A stretch of 64,000 nt of DNA, from NCBI RefSeq assembly GCF_006345805.1, contig NC_043005.1:10726001-10790000 (forward strand). Direction: 5' to 3'. A model generated the notes under the pieces. That model had not been told where the DNA came from, did no database searches, and was given only the letters and a program-made list of their open reading frames with translations. The translations under genes and the position numbers were made by a program. Positions 13,543 to 24,690 of this stretch are shown one piece after another; the first letter of the stretch is position 1; every line of letters starts with the position of its first letter. Source of the DNA: Octopus sinensis. Taxonomy: Eukaryota.

Positions 13543-13748
13543 TTACTCTTTTACTCTTTTCAGTCATTTGACTGCGGCCATGCTGGAGCACCGCCTTTAG
13601 TCGAGCAAATCGACCCCGGGACTTATTCTTTGGAAGCCCAGTACTTATTCTATCGGTCTCTTTTGCTGAACCGCTAAGTGACGGGGATGTAAACACACCA
13701 GCATCGGTTGTCAAGCAATGCTAGGGGGACAAACACAGACACACAAAC

Positions 13749-13815
<67 letters not shown>

Positions 13816-13977
13816 TACGACGGGCTTCTTTCAGTTTCCGTCTACCAAATCCACTCACAAGGCATTGGTTGGCCCGGGGCTATAGCAGAAGACGCTTGCC
13901 CAAGATGCCACGCAGTGGGACTGAACCCAGAACCATGTGGTTGTTTAGCAAGCTACATACCACACAGTCACTCCTGT
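13543..13977 (-). mobile_element. SINE family C, full length, with internal (TA)n/(CA)n tract
   Basis: Reverse complement of the 35214-35620 copy; head CAGGAGTGACTGTGTGGT...GGTTCAGTCCCAC. Confidence 0.88.
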
Positions 13978-14199
13978 CCAAAGATAATAAATATATCTCA
14001 TGGATGTGGTGGGTTGCTGTTTGCAATACCAGTGAATAATTATTCACTGTTTATCTTAATACCAATGGCAACAAATTTCATTGAATGTGTAGATAGTGAT
14101 ATCTTTACTCTCTTAACTGATTGAATACTATACTACTTGTGTGTATGTGTATATATATATATATATGTATGTATCAATGTATCAGCCAAACTATTGGAT

Positions 14200-15025
14200 G
14201 TTGTTATGCATCACTGGTCACAATATCCCTCCTTGGTTGTGCCCTTTTTTCCATCTTGGCTGAAATCATTTAATTACATTGTCTTGGAAGGCTTCTGAAT
14301 GGCTTTTTCTGATCTCTTGGATACCCATTTCTTTATTACCCACAAACATAGAGGGGACAAACAAGGACAGACATAGGTATTAAGTCGATTACATCGACCC
14401 CAGTGCGTAACTGGTACTTAATTTATCGACCCCAAAAGGATGAAAGGCAAAGTCGACCTCAGCGGAATTTGAATCACAACGTTGCGCCAGACGAAATACC
14501 GCTAAGCATTTCGCCCGGCACGCTAACGTTTCTGCCAGCTCACCACCTTTTATATGGCATCTCTTGGATACCACTTGGCAACTGCATGGGTACACCTGTT
14601 GTCTGTGACCCTTGCTATATGTTCAGCCTAGCTGAACTTATGCTTTTGGTATTCTATGACCATGTCCATTCAGTCTACTCCATTCCCAAATTACCTCATT
14701 TCAGATATGCCTTCTAAGTGATATTCCAAATATGGATCGTTCCACGACCCTTTGCACCAGAGCCAATTAATGTTCTCTCTTCATAGTAGACCTTAAAGTG
14801 AATCACTTGGAAACAAAATACATGCAGTCTGAAGGCCAAATAGAAGTGGGGAGTGATAAAATTGAGGAGGTATTGGAATATGCCTAATTAGGGCATGCAA
14901 CAATAATTATGCTGAATCTCAGGGAGAAAAAAAGCAGGATGGATGGCATTTACCTCATTAAAAACTAAACTGAAGAAGGCCATATCTATCAGTCTCTTCA
15001 ACAGCACTGCCCTACCTGTGTTCAT
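14200..15025. mobile_element. Degenerate RTE-clade LINE remnant in two oppositely oriented pieces
   Basis: Plus piece about 14790-15025 reads KTKYM...IEEVLEYA*LG...SLFNSTALPVFMY. Minus piece about 14200-14720 reads KFS*AEHIARVTDNRCTHAVAKWYPRD. Both resemble RTE RT C-terminal motifs. Confidence 0.6.
14326..14558 (-). mobile_element. SINE family B (tail B1) inserted into the RTE remnant
   Basis: Complete head, core and tail; 14-bp TSD ATCTCTTGGATACC (14312-14325, 14559-14572). Confidence 0.9.
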
Positions 15026-15060
15026 GTATGTGTGTGTGTGTGTATGTATATATAAGTATA

Positions 15061-15457
15061 CTAGCAGTATTGCCCGGCGTTGCTTGGGTTTGTAAGGGAA
15101 ATAACTATATAAGCACTTTTAGAGATGTAAAGTATAATAGCCATCTCAATATGGCTAACCACAAAGCGGGGGTGTTACTGTAGCTTTTTACGTTCTGAGA
15201 TTTAATAATACATTTTTAGAGAGTTACTTCCCTTATATAATAGCAAAAAAAATGCATTAAAAATGGGAAAAAATTATGGTAAATTTTTTTTTAAATCGTA
15301 GACTCATCGTAGACGCGCGCTAATACCCAGAAGGGCTCAATATGAATCACGACTATAAGATACCCACTTTTGGTTACACTGCACCGCAAAATGTGGGAGT
15401 AGTTAGGAATCTAAATCGTAGGAGGCAGACACACAACTTCACTTTTATATATAAAGA
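15061..15457 (-). mobile_element. Non-autonomous Helitron (family E)
   Basis: On minus: A|TC 5' end, subterminal hairpin CCC.AGCAACGCCGGG, CTAG|T 3' end, no TSD. Confidence 0.88.
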
Positions 15458-15628
15458 TATACATTTTTTTTAAAAGTTAAAACATGAAGCTGGGAGTTTG
15501 TTTTGCACCTTGAGTTTCATGCCACTGCAATCTTCAGGTGAAACCTTTCAGAGTCATAACTTTTCTGAAGATTCTGTGCACCCAGAAATACTCCTCTTTT
15601 TTTCTGACAGTGAACACTAAATAGGTAT

Positions 15629-16027
15629 TTTTTTTTTTTGGAAGCACTCCGTCGGTTACGACGATGAGGGTTCCGGTTGATCCGAATCAATGGAACAGCC
15701 TGCTCGTGAAATTAACGTGTAAGTGGCTGAGCACTCCACAGACACGTGCACCCTTAACGTAGTTCTCGGGGATATTCAGCGTGACACAGAGAGTGACAAG
15801 GCCGGCCCTTTGAAATACAAGCACAACAGAAACAGGAAGTAAGAGTGAGAGAAAGTTGTGGTGAAAGAGTACAGCAGGGATCACCACCATCCCCTGCCAG
15901 AGCCTCGTGGAGCTTTTTTTAGGTGTTTTCGCTCAATAAACACTCACAACGCCCGGTCTGGCTATCGAAACCGCGATCCTATGACCGCGAGTCCGCTGCC
16001 CTAACCACTGGGCCATTGCGCCTCCAC
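15629..16027 (-). mobile_element. SINE family A (tail A1) with poly-A tail
   Basis: Reverse complement of the 1502 copy; poly-T at 15629-15639; 10-bp TSD AAATAGGTAT (15619-15628, 16028-16037). Confidence 0.9.
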
Positions 16028-16352
16028 AAATAGGTATATACATTAAAACACACACCTATACATATGATTTTATAATGCATCTTACATGTGAATCTGCATT
16101 AATGTTGATGGCCCTTAGTTTTATTCAAACAAAAATTGAATGTTTATCTGACCAGTTGTTCAGTGCACTAATATATCCCTCACTTGTAAAACAGGTAAAG
16201 AGTAGCAAGAGAAATTGCATCTAGCTGTAAAAGCTTATCTCAATAACCTACCTGTCCAATTCATAGTAGCTTTGGAAAATAAACATTATATGAGGTAGCA
16301 GTATATAAATATATGTGAGTGTGTGTGTGTGTATGCATATGTATTATGTATA

Positions 16353-16401
<49 letters not shown>

Positions 16402-16797
16402 AAGTGTGCATATGCATATATGTGTATAAATGTATAGTCCCACCCATGGCAGCATGGAGGGCAGACATTAATGATGATATTCATATATGTGGGTGTATAT
16501 ATATGTTTGCATATATATATATGCACAGTCATACATATGTATACATATTTGAATATATATTTGTATGATACACATTTTATGTTACTCCATTTGTTGTGAC
16601 CTGAATTGAATACCAGTGGGGTCATAGTGTAACCCTCTTTCCTCTCAGCTGTTGTATCTCAGATGTGTTTGAAAAATAGGTGTGGGGCCAAGATTATGTA
16701 CCTTCTGGTTTTTGATTATGTTGGCACCTAAAAGAACTTGTGAAAATTTGGTACATCCTACCAATTATACTTGCCTGCACTTGTTTTCACTTTCATA

Positions 16798-16848
<51 letters not shown>

Positions 16849-17111
16849 GTACATTTCATGTAAATTCACTTTTTCACCCCTATTTATTGGCATAAACCTC
16901 TTCATGTTTCCTTATATTAATTCCATTTAATTATAAATGGTCATTTGTATCCTATGTAATTTAATTAAATATGAAATTTGTATGGAATTGAAATAATTTA
17001 TTTGATTTAAATGAAAAAAAAGAATGAAAAAAATTTGAAGTTTTGATGAAGATGTTTTAATATTGTGCATTATTAAATCTCAGAATGAGATTGAAACAGT
17101 AATCGCTCGAT

Positions 17112-17251
17112 AATGTAAAGTATAGAAGCCATCTTAATATGGCTAACCACATAGGGGAGGGGTTGTTACTGTAGCTGGGGCTGTATAGCTACAGTAACAC
17201 CCCCTCCCCTATGTGGTTAGCCATATTAAGTTGGCTTCTATACTTTACATT
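17112..17251. repeat. Near-perfect hairpin (65/64-bp arms, 10-nt loop) derived from Helitron E internal sequence
   Basis: 17112-17176 versus 17187-17251 differ by one mismatch and one 1-nt bulge; arms resemble the ATGTAAAGTATAATAGCC...GTTACTGTAGCT segment of family E. Confidence 0.92.
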
Positions 17252-17487
17252 TTAATATTGTATTATTCTTAAATATGATTGATGATAAATTGTGTTATTT
17301 AATTCAAAAATGAAAAAGGAATAACCTGTAAAATAGGAATGATTTCTTGAATAGCTTGCAACTACCAAGTTGTATCAGCAGAATCCCAATTGCAAATCTA
17401 CAAAAGCTACTAGGGTTAGAAACAGTTAATGACAAAATAAATATAAATCCCAACTTTACAAGTAGGAATTTTCCTTTTTAAATCATA

Positions 17488-17879
17488 TCTTTATATATAA
17501 AAGAGAGGTTGTGTGCTGTCTGTCTCCTACGATTTAGATTCCTAACTACTCCCACATTTTGCGGTGCAGTTTAACCAAAACCGGGTATCTTATAGTCGTG
17601 ATTCATATCGAGGCCTTCTGGGTATTAGCGCGCGTCTACGATGAGTCTACGATTTAAAAAAAAATTTACCATCAATTTTTCCCATTTTTAATGCATTTTT
17701 GGCATATATAAGGGAAGTAACTCTCTAAAAATTTATTAAATCTCAGAACGTAAAAAGCTACAGTAACCCCATCCTTTGTGGTTAGCCATATTGAGATGGC
17801 TATTATACTTTACATCTCTAAAAATGCTTATATAGTTATTTCCCTTACAAACCCGAGCAACGCCGGGCAATACTGCTAG
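17488..17879 (+). mobile_element. Non-autonomous Helitron (family E)
   Basis: A17487|TCTTTATATATAAAAG ... CCCGAGCAACGCCGGG CAATACTG CTAG|T17880. Confidence 0.9.
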
Positions 17880-18347
17880 TATTATATATAAATCTCAAGG
17901 TAGGTGCATGACTGTGTTGTTCAGAAGTCCACACTGCAAACCTGTGGTTCGTAATACAGTTTCATTGCAGCGCCCATTGCCTTGCAAACGGAATTTGTCT
18001 GGAAACTATAGAAGCTAGTTGGAGGTGTATGCATGTCTATATTTATGGTTGTATTAAATGTATTTGATGGTGAAAACTAGTGTTGCATGCTTCTTACCAT
18101 TTATAGTATCATGGTCTTTTGATCGATAGTGACATGAAATATTACAAGACTAAATCGTATACTTGGGTTAATATGAATAACATTGCTATTGATATTTTGA
18201 GGATGATGATCATGCGTGTGTGTATGTGTATATACTTGCTGGCATATGCTTGGTTCCAGGTTAAGTCCCACTAAAAGACACTTTGGTCTGTTACTATTGT
18301 CTCAGGATGACCTTGTAAGTGGATTTGGTAGACGGAAACTGAAAGAA

Positions 18348-18580
18348 AGGCGGTGAGCTGGCAGAATCGTTAGCACGCCGGGCAAAATGCTTAGCAGTAT
18401 TTCGTCTGCCGCAACATTCTGAGTTCAAATTCCACCGAGGTCGACTTTCCTTTCATCCTTTCGGGGTCGATTAAATAAGTACCAGTCATGCACTGGGGTT
18501 GATATAATCGACTTGATCTGTCTGTCTGTCCTTGTTTGTCCCCTCTGTGTTTAGCCCCTTGTAGGTTGTAAAGAAATAGG
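18348..18580 (+). mobile_element. SINE family B inserted into a SINE C remnant
   Basis: 11-bp TSD AACTGAAAGAA (18337-18347, 18581-18591) within the C motif GGTAGACGGAAACTGAAAGAAGCC. Confidence 0.88.
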
Positions 18581-18899
18581 AACTGAAAGAAGCCGCCTGC
18601 CTAAGAAAGTAAAACATGCCTATGACATCCCTCCCCATAATTTCCTTTCAAAAGCTTGCGAATAGATCTACTTACCCACTCTCTCCAATTACAGTCCACT
18701 TCACTATATATATATCTTGTAACTTGAGTGTATGGCTCTTGCCGATTGTCTGTTACATCTTCAGCATCTTTCTCTCATCTCTTTACTTTCCTTCTGAGGA
18801 AGCCATGTTTCTCTTTTAATGCTAGACCTAATTCTGTCCCTCAATACTGCTCCTCTCAGTTGAGGGGGTCTTGTCCTGCAAGTTGCTTGGGGACCGCAC

Positions 18900-19084
18900 T
18901 AATACTGGTGCCACATAAAAAAGCACCCTGTACACTCTGTAAATTGGTTGGCATTAGGAAGGGCATCCAACTGTAGAAACCATGCCAAAACAAACAGCAG
19001 AGCTTGGTGTAATCATCTGACTTGCCTCTTCCTGCCAAACCATCCTACCACCTGTGCCAGCATGGAAAACAGTTAAATGATGAT
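18900..19084 (+). mobile_element. Family D element, degenerate
   Basis: GGTGCCACATAAAAAAGCACC...GGTTGGCATTAGGAAGGGCATCCA...TTAAATGATGAT. Confidence 0.7.
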
Positions 19085-19199
19085 ATGTGTGTGTGTGTGT
19101 CTGTGTTTATCCCCCACAATTGCTTGATAAGCTGTGTAGTTATGTTTACATTGTGATTCAGCAAAAAGACCTGATAGAATGTGTGCGAAGTTGAAGAAA

Positions 19200-19455
19200 A
19201 TGTAGTACTGGGGTTGATTCGGTTGGTTTGTAATGTGTAAGGAAGAATAGTGCAGCAGTATGGACATATGTAGGTGAGGACAGCCACACAAAAAGTGCTG
19301 ATCACTTCATATGGATGGAGTTTGCAGAAGAAGGAGATCCCAGAAGACATGAGATGATGTCATGAAGGCTGATCTCTGAGACCTTGAACCACTTGAAGGA
19401 GCTGATAAAAGACCAAAATGACTGGTGATATTCAGTTCTTCATAAGACCTGCCCA
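19200..19455 (+). mobile_element. RTE-like LINE 3' coding remnant
   Basis: Degenerate similarity to the RT C-terminal end of the 9030-10290 element (QYGHM...GGD PRRHEMM...). Confidence 0.4.
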
Positions 19456-19481
19456 TGTTGGTGAAACTGATATATAAACAA

Positions 19482-19867
19482 CTAGCAGTATCGCCCGGCG
19501 TTGCTCGGGTTTGTAAGGGAAATAACTATATAAGCAATTTTAGAGACGTAAAGTATAATAGCCATCTCAGTATGGTTAACCACAAAGGGGGGGGGGGTAC
19601 TGTAGCTTTTTACGTTCTGAGTTTTAATAATAAATTTTTAGAGAGTTACTTCCCTTATATATGCCAAAAATGCATTAAAAATGGGAAAAATTGATGGTAA
19701 ATTTTTTTTTAAATCGTAGACGCGCGCTAATATCCAGAAGGGCTCGATATGAATCACGACTATAAGATACCCGCTTTTGGTTAAACTGCACCGCAAAATG
19801 TGGGAGTAGTTAGGAATCTAAATTGTAGGAGACAGACAGCACACAACCTCACTTTTATATATAAAGA
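19482..19867 (-). mobile_element. Non-autonomous Helitron (family E)
   Basis: CTAG at 19482 preceded by A; TC end at 19866-19867 followed by T. Confidence 0.9.
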
Positions 19868-20851
19868 TATAAAGATTAAACTTGTTGTCTAATTCCTTCC
19901 TCAGAATATCACTATCACTCAATATCTCTCACTGCAGCATTCTGTTATTGTAATTATATGAGAACAGGACACTTTACTTACTGTTCTGCTACCACTTACA
20001 ATTCTCAATTCATGGAAACATTTCATCGTTAATACTGTCCTCTCCACCAACATTTTACATTGATTACTCTCCTGAGTCACAAAATTATCTTTACTTTCCT
20101 ACACTGTAGATCTTTCACTCTCTACCATCTTACACTCTTACAACCTACCCAAACACACATTATCTGACTATCTATCTTTCTCTCTGAAAGACTCTCTCTC
20201 ATTCTTCCTCTGTTAGTCATCTCTTTTCAGCTTCCTTGCCTCAGCTCATGTGTCATTGGCTACACCCCAACCTCATGTCTGCCATTCACTATATTCACCT
20301 CTCAACCCTCCTCAGTTGCTATAGCTGTCACCCTGTGTATTATCCCCTCAACCCTTGCTTATTTTATAAACCATGTGACTCATTTCCCATGTCTAATCTC
20401 TCACTCACCCATATACTCTTGTAGCTTTGACCTACCCACAAACCCTGCTTTCATGTGGCCCCTCAATTCTGCTCACTTAATATTTTGAGGGTCCTCTCTC
20501 ACACTTCAAAGACACCATTTTATCTCTTTCCAGTTCCACTCTGGTAGCTACTCTATAGCTACACACTTATTCTTGCCCCTCCTCTTATACTTTACCCTTT
20601 ATCTGGAGTGAAGCCATGTATGTGATGATAGTAGTCCCAGATGTGTGATCATGTGTAGAACCAACCAGGCCTGCCATTGCTTTCCATTGCTGGTTGGGCC
20701 TGTACCAGCCTATCTGCATCCTTCAGGGTTGTGGAATATGACTAATAATATTTTATCATATAATATATACATGTGTGAAATATGCCAGGTAGTCATTTAC
20801 TATAGGTATAAAATGTGGCTTTGTGAAGTATTGGTGGTGATAGGTATGTCA

Positions 20852-21243
20852 TCTTTATATATAAAAGTGAAGTTGTGTGTCTGTCTCCTACGATTTAGAT
20901 TCCTAACTACTCCCACATTTTGCGGTGCAGTTTAACCAAAACCGGGTATCTTATAGTCATGATTCATATCGAGCCCTTCTGGGTATTAGTGCGCGTCTAC
21001 GATGAGTTTACGATTTTAAAAAAAGTTTACCATCAATTTTTCCCATTTTTAATGCATTTTTGGCATATATAAGGGAAGTAACTCTCTAAAAATGTATTAT
21101 TAAATCTCAGAACGTAAAAAGCTACAGTAACACCCCCCTTTGTGGTTAGCCATATTGAGATGGCTATTATACTTTACATCTCTAAAAATGCTTATATAGT
21201 TATTTCCCTTACAAACCCGAGCAACGCTGGGCGATACTGCTCG
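20852..21243 (+). mobile_element. Non-autonomous Helitron (family E) with CTCG instead of CTAG at its 3' end
   Basis: A|TCTTTATATATAAAAG start; CCCGAGCAACGCTGGG hairpin; flanked by a ~111-bp direct repeat. Confidence 0.88.
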
Positions 21244-21400
21244 TGACTAATATTTTATCATATAATATATACATGTGTGAAATATGCCAGGTAGTCATTT
21301 ACTATAGGTGTAAAATGTGACTTTGTGAAGTATTGGTGGTGATAGGTATGTCATATATTATAATTGTAAAGCAGCAATGGTAATGTGTTATATACATTAA

Positions 21401-21610
21401 CCCTTTAGCATTTAAACCAGCCATATCCAGCCCAAATATCCTACATGCTTTTTTGTTCAAACTGACCAGATCCAGCCTCTCACACCTACCCAACAATGTC
21501 ATTCTAAAGATAGGCAATCACATCATCAAGATCTTGAATCTATGAGATGTTCATGTTTAATTTAAAACAATGTAAATTAATAAGCATTAGTTTGGCAGAA
21601 TGCTAAACGG
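21401..21610. mobile_element. TTAA/piggyBac-type MITE, second family
   Basis: TTAA|CCCTTTAGCATT ... AATGCTAAACGG|TTGA; 12-bp TIR with one mismatch and a decayed right TTAA. Confidence 0.6.
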
Positions 21611-21623
21611 TTGAGATGAAAGG

Positions 21624-22037
21624 GTGGTGAGCTGGCAGAAACGTTAGCACGCCGGGCGAAATGCGTAGCCGTATTTCGTCTGCCATTACGTTATGAGTTC
21701 AAATTCTGCCGAGGTCGACTTTGCCTTTCATCCTTTCGGGGTCGATAAATTAAGTACCAGTTAAGCACTGGGGCCGATGTAATCTACTTAATCTGTTTGC
21801 CTGTCTTTGTTTGTCTTCTCTGTGTTTAGCCCCTTGTGGGTAGTAAAAAAATAGGTATTTCGTCTGCCGCTATGTTTTGAGTTCAAATTCCGCCGAGGTC
21901 GACTTTGCCTTTCATCCTTTCGGGGTCGATAAATTAAGTACCAGTTAAGCACTGGGGTCGATGTAATCAACTTAATCCATTTGTCTGTCCTTGTTTGTCT
22001 TCTCTGTGTTTAGCCCCTTGTGGGTAGTAAAGAAATA
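21624..22037 (+). mobile_element. SINE family B with its 3' ~184 nt tandemly duplicated
   Basis: GTATTTCGTCTGCC restarts at 21855 (first at 21671). One 15-bp TSD GGTTGAGATGAAAGG (21609-21623, 22038-22052) encloses both units. Confidence 0.88.
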
Positions 22038-22880
22038 GGTTGAGATGAAAGGTAGCTATTGGTACTTGTCATAGTTTTGTTGTGAAATTCAGTTGGTGGT
22101 AGATAATTCGTACAGCATTGACACTAAATTTATTAGTTGTTGGTGATTTGTATGTATTGTCTCTGGTTGTAGCTGTATTTTTCTACAATGCTGTGAAATG
22201 TAGCTATGATTACATGAATCATATGATAAAGGTGTTAATTATTGCTGGTGGTATGGTACAAGTGTAAAATATAGCTGGTGGAATACATTTTATATGTATT
22301 GTAGTTATTGAACATATTCTATACTTAACATGTTGATGTGGTGGTTATCATGATGTAATGTTATGTAACAGGCTAACCTAGAAGAATGGGAAATGAAAAT
22401 ATAGTAATATACTGATGGAGTGAAGTTAGACATATGGAATCATGGCAAGAAATAGAAGTAGGGAAGGGATTCAGATGAATAAAGAACTAAAATCAAGAGT
22501 AAATGGCCAGAAACAATTTTTGTGGCCCATTTAAAATGTAGAGATGAGGGTATTGTGTGTTAACTCCTTTCCTACTGTCATAAATAAAATTACTATTGAC
22601 TATTGTACCACAAATTTTGGTTAGAACATCTAGGTATGGAAAAATAGTTATTATTAGCATTACAAAACTGATAATTATTATTTGGCAGGATTATTAATAA
22701 CTTCAGACAAAATGGTTTTTGGTATTTCTTCCTGTTTTTTACATTCTGAATTCAAATCTTTTCAAGGTCAACTTTGATGTTTAATCTTTTTAGATTGATA
22801 AGATAAAGTAATGCTTCTTCTGCCAAATTTCTAGCCTTGTGCCTATGTAAGAAATTGTTATTACTATTACTAAGCTACTC

Positions 22881-23285
22881 TCTTTTACTCTTTTACTTGT
22901 TTCAGTCATTTGACTGCGGCCATGCTGGAGCACTGCCTTTAGTCGAGCAACTCGACCCCGGGACTTATTCTTTTGTAAGCCCAGTACTTATTCTATCGGT
23001 CTCTTTTGCCGAACCGCTAAGTAACGGGGACATAAACACACCAGCATCGGTTGTCAAGGGATGTTGGGGAGACAAACACAGACACACAAACACACACACA
23101 CATATATACATATATATATATACGACGGGCTTCTTTCAGTTTCCGTCTACCAAATCCATTCACAAGGCATTGGTCGGCCCGGGGCCATAGCAGAAGACAC
23201 TTGCCCAAGATGCCACGCAGTGGGACTGAACCCGGAACCATGTGGTTGGTTAGCAAGCAACTTACCACACAGCCACTCCTGTGCC
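22881..23285 (-). mobile_element. SINE family C, full length
   Basis: Near-identical to 13543-13977 and the reverse complement of 35214-35620. Confidence 0.88.
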
Positions 23286-23529
23286 TAGTGTACCTTTTTT
23301 TCTTGCAAAATGGGTTTGTTCCACTTAAAATTGGTGGCTGTGTTGGGACTATACTTTCATATGATATTTGGTTCTTACTCCTCTACATTTTGAAGTGGTA
23401 CGAAACCGTTACTTCTATTGATTCTGTCACATCAACTTTGCAGAGTTGATGTGGCAAAATACCAGGCATATAGTGTTGTGGATTGATGTATCTTCAGTTT
23501 ATAAAAAAAAACAAAAATCCTCATCATTT

Positions 23530-23695
23530 CTGTTTGTTGCTACATTCTAAATTCAAATTCTGCCAAGGTTGACTTTTGCTTTTCATCCTTTTAGAGTTGA
23601 TAAAATAAGTACCAGTTGAACACTGGGGTTGATATAATCTACATAACCCCTTTCCCAAAATCATCGCCCTTGTGCCAAAATTTGAAACCATTATC
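23530..23695 (+). mobile_element. SINE family B (tail B2), degenerate
   Basis: TTCAAATTCTGCC.AGGTTGAC...TTTCATCC...GATAAAATAAGTACCAGTTGA.CACTGGGG. Confidence 0.7.
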
Positions 23696-23941
23696 ATATT
23701 TCAAAAATTTTAATCTTTCTCTAGAATTATATTATAGAAAATTTAATTTACTTCGAATGTATTATCACTTCAATCACTGTCTTCAAATATAAATTAAAAT
23801 AGGGGTATTTTTTTTTTATTGTTTTCTCCCATAAATTAATTGTTTTGTCTTCCCTTTTTTGTTTTCTGCATTATCAGAAAATCCTTCATCAAGCATAGTT
23901 AGCTGAAATGTTTAACAAAATTTGTAAAATAAGTTATGTTT

Positions 23942-24009
23942 GTTCACTGAGGAAAAGGCAGGTTTGAGCTGAAAAATGCTGTTCAAGGCACTGCCCGAAA
24001 CGTCAGAGC
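23942..24009 (+). ncRNA. Degenerate minimal type-I hammerhead-ribozyme-like motif
   Basis: CTGAGGA (23947-23953), stem II GGCAG/CTGCC, GAAA (23997-24000), palindromic ACGT, then GTC site at 24002-24004. Stem I GTTC(A)/AGAGC has an A-A mismatch at the junction; the stem II base has A-C rather than G-C. Confidence 0.45.
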
Positions 24010-24563
24010 CTGCATCTTTTAAACAACACACAAACTTCTGTTATTTTATAAATTTTATCAACTGTATTTTGCTAAATGCCCATACTAGCTTCCTCTAATT
24101 CTACTTTTTATTTTTTATTTTTTTTATTTATCTTTGCAATTTTTCTTTCCTCTAATGTGTAATAGTTGTTAAGTGGTAAACATCGGCTTTTTAATTAATA
24201 TTCTAAAAGTGAGCTTGGCCTCTGTTAAGAGCCTAACCTTCGTATCAAAGTTAGCTGTTTTTAATAAACTCATTCATATAACAACCAGCAGATTGAAACC
24301 CTGTTTATTTTATATTCTTTCTGTTTTGTTGAACAAAATGATAGAATATTGTATTGTTTTTTAAAAACATTCATTAATCTGTATTCCATTACTCTTCAAC
24401 AATGTTACTGCTTCAATTGCCTTACTTCAAGAACTTGTCAAACTGAGATAACAAACACTAAACAACTTTCCAATTAAAATCTTATGCAGGCAATTTTCAA
24501 AACCTGTTTATTGCCAAAATAAATATTTTACAATGAAGCTGTGTATTATTAAGGATATTTATA

Positions 24564-24565
<2 letters not shown>

Positions 24566-24596
<31 letters not shown>

Positions 24597-24625
24597 CACT
24601 ATTATCATTATTATCATTATTGTTA

Positions 24626-24666
<41 letters not shown>

Positions 24667-24690
24667 GTTATTATTATTATTATTATTTTA
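24566..24690. repeat. (ATT)n microsatellite, possibly a LINE 3' tail
   Basis: Long imperfect ATT array directly visible. The LINE link rests only on a weak upstream reading (IALLQELVKLR). Confidence 0.85.
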
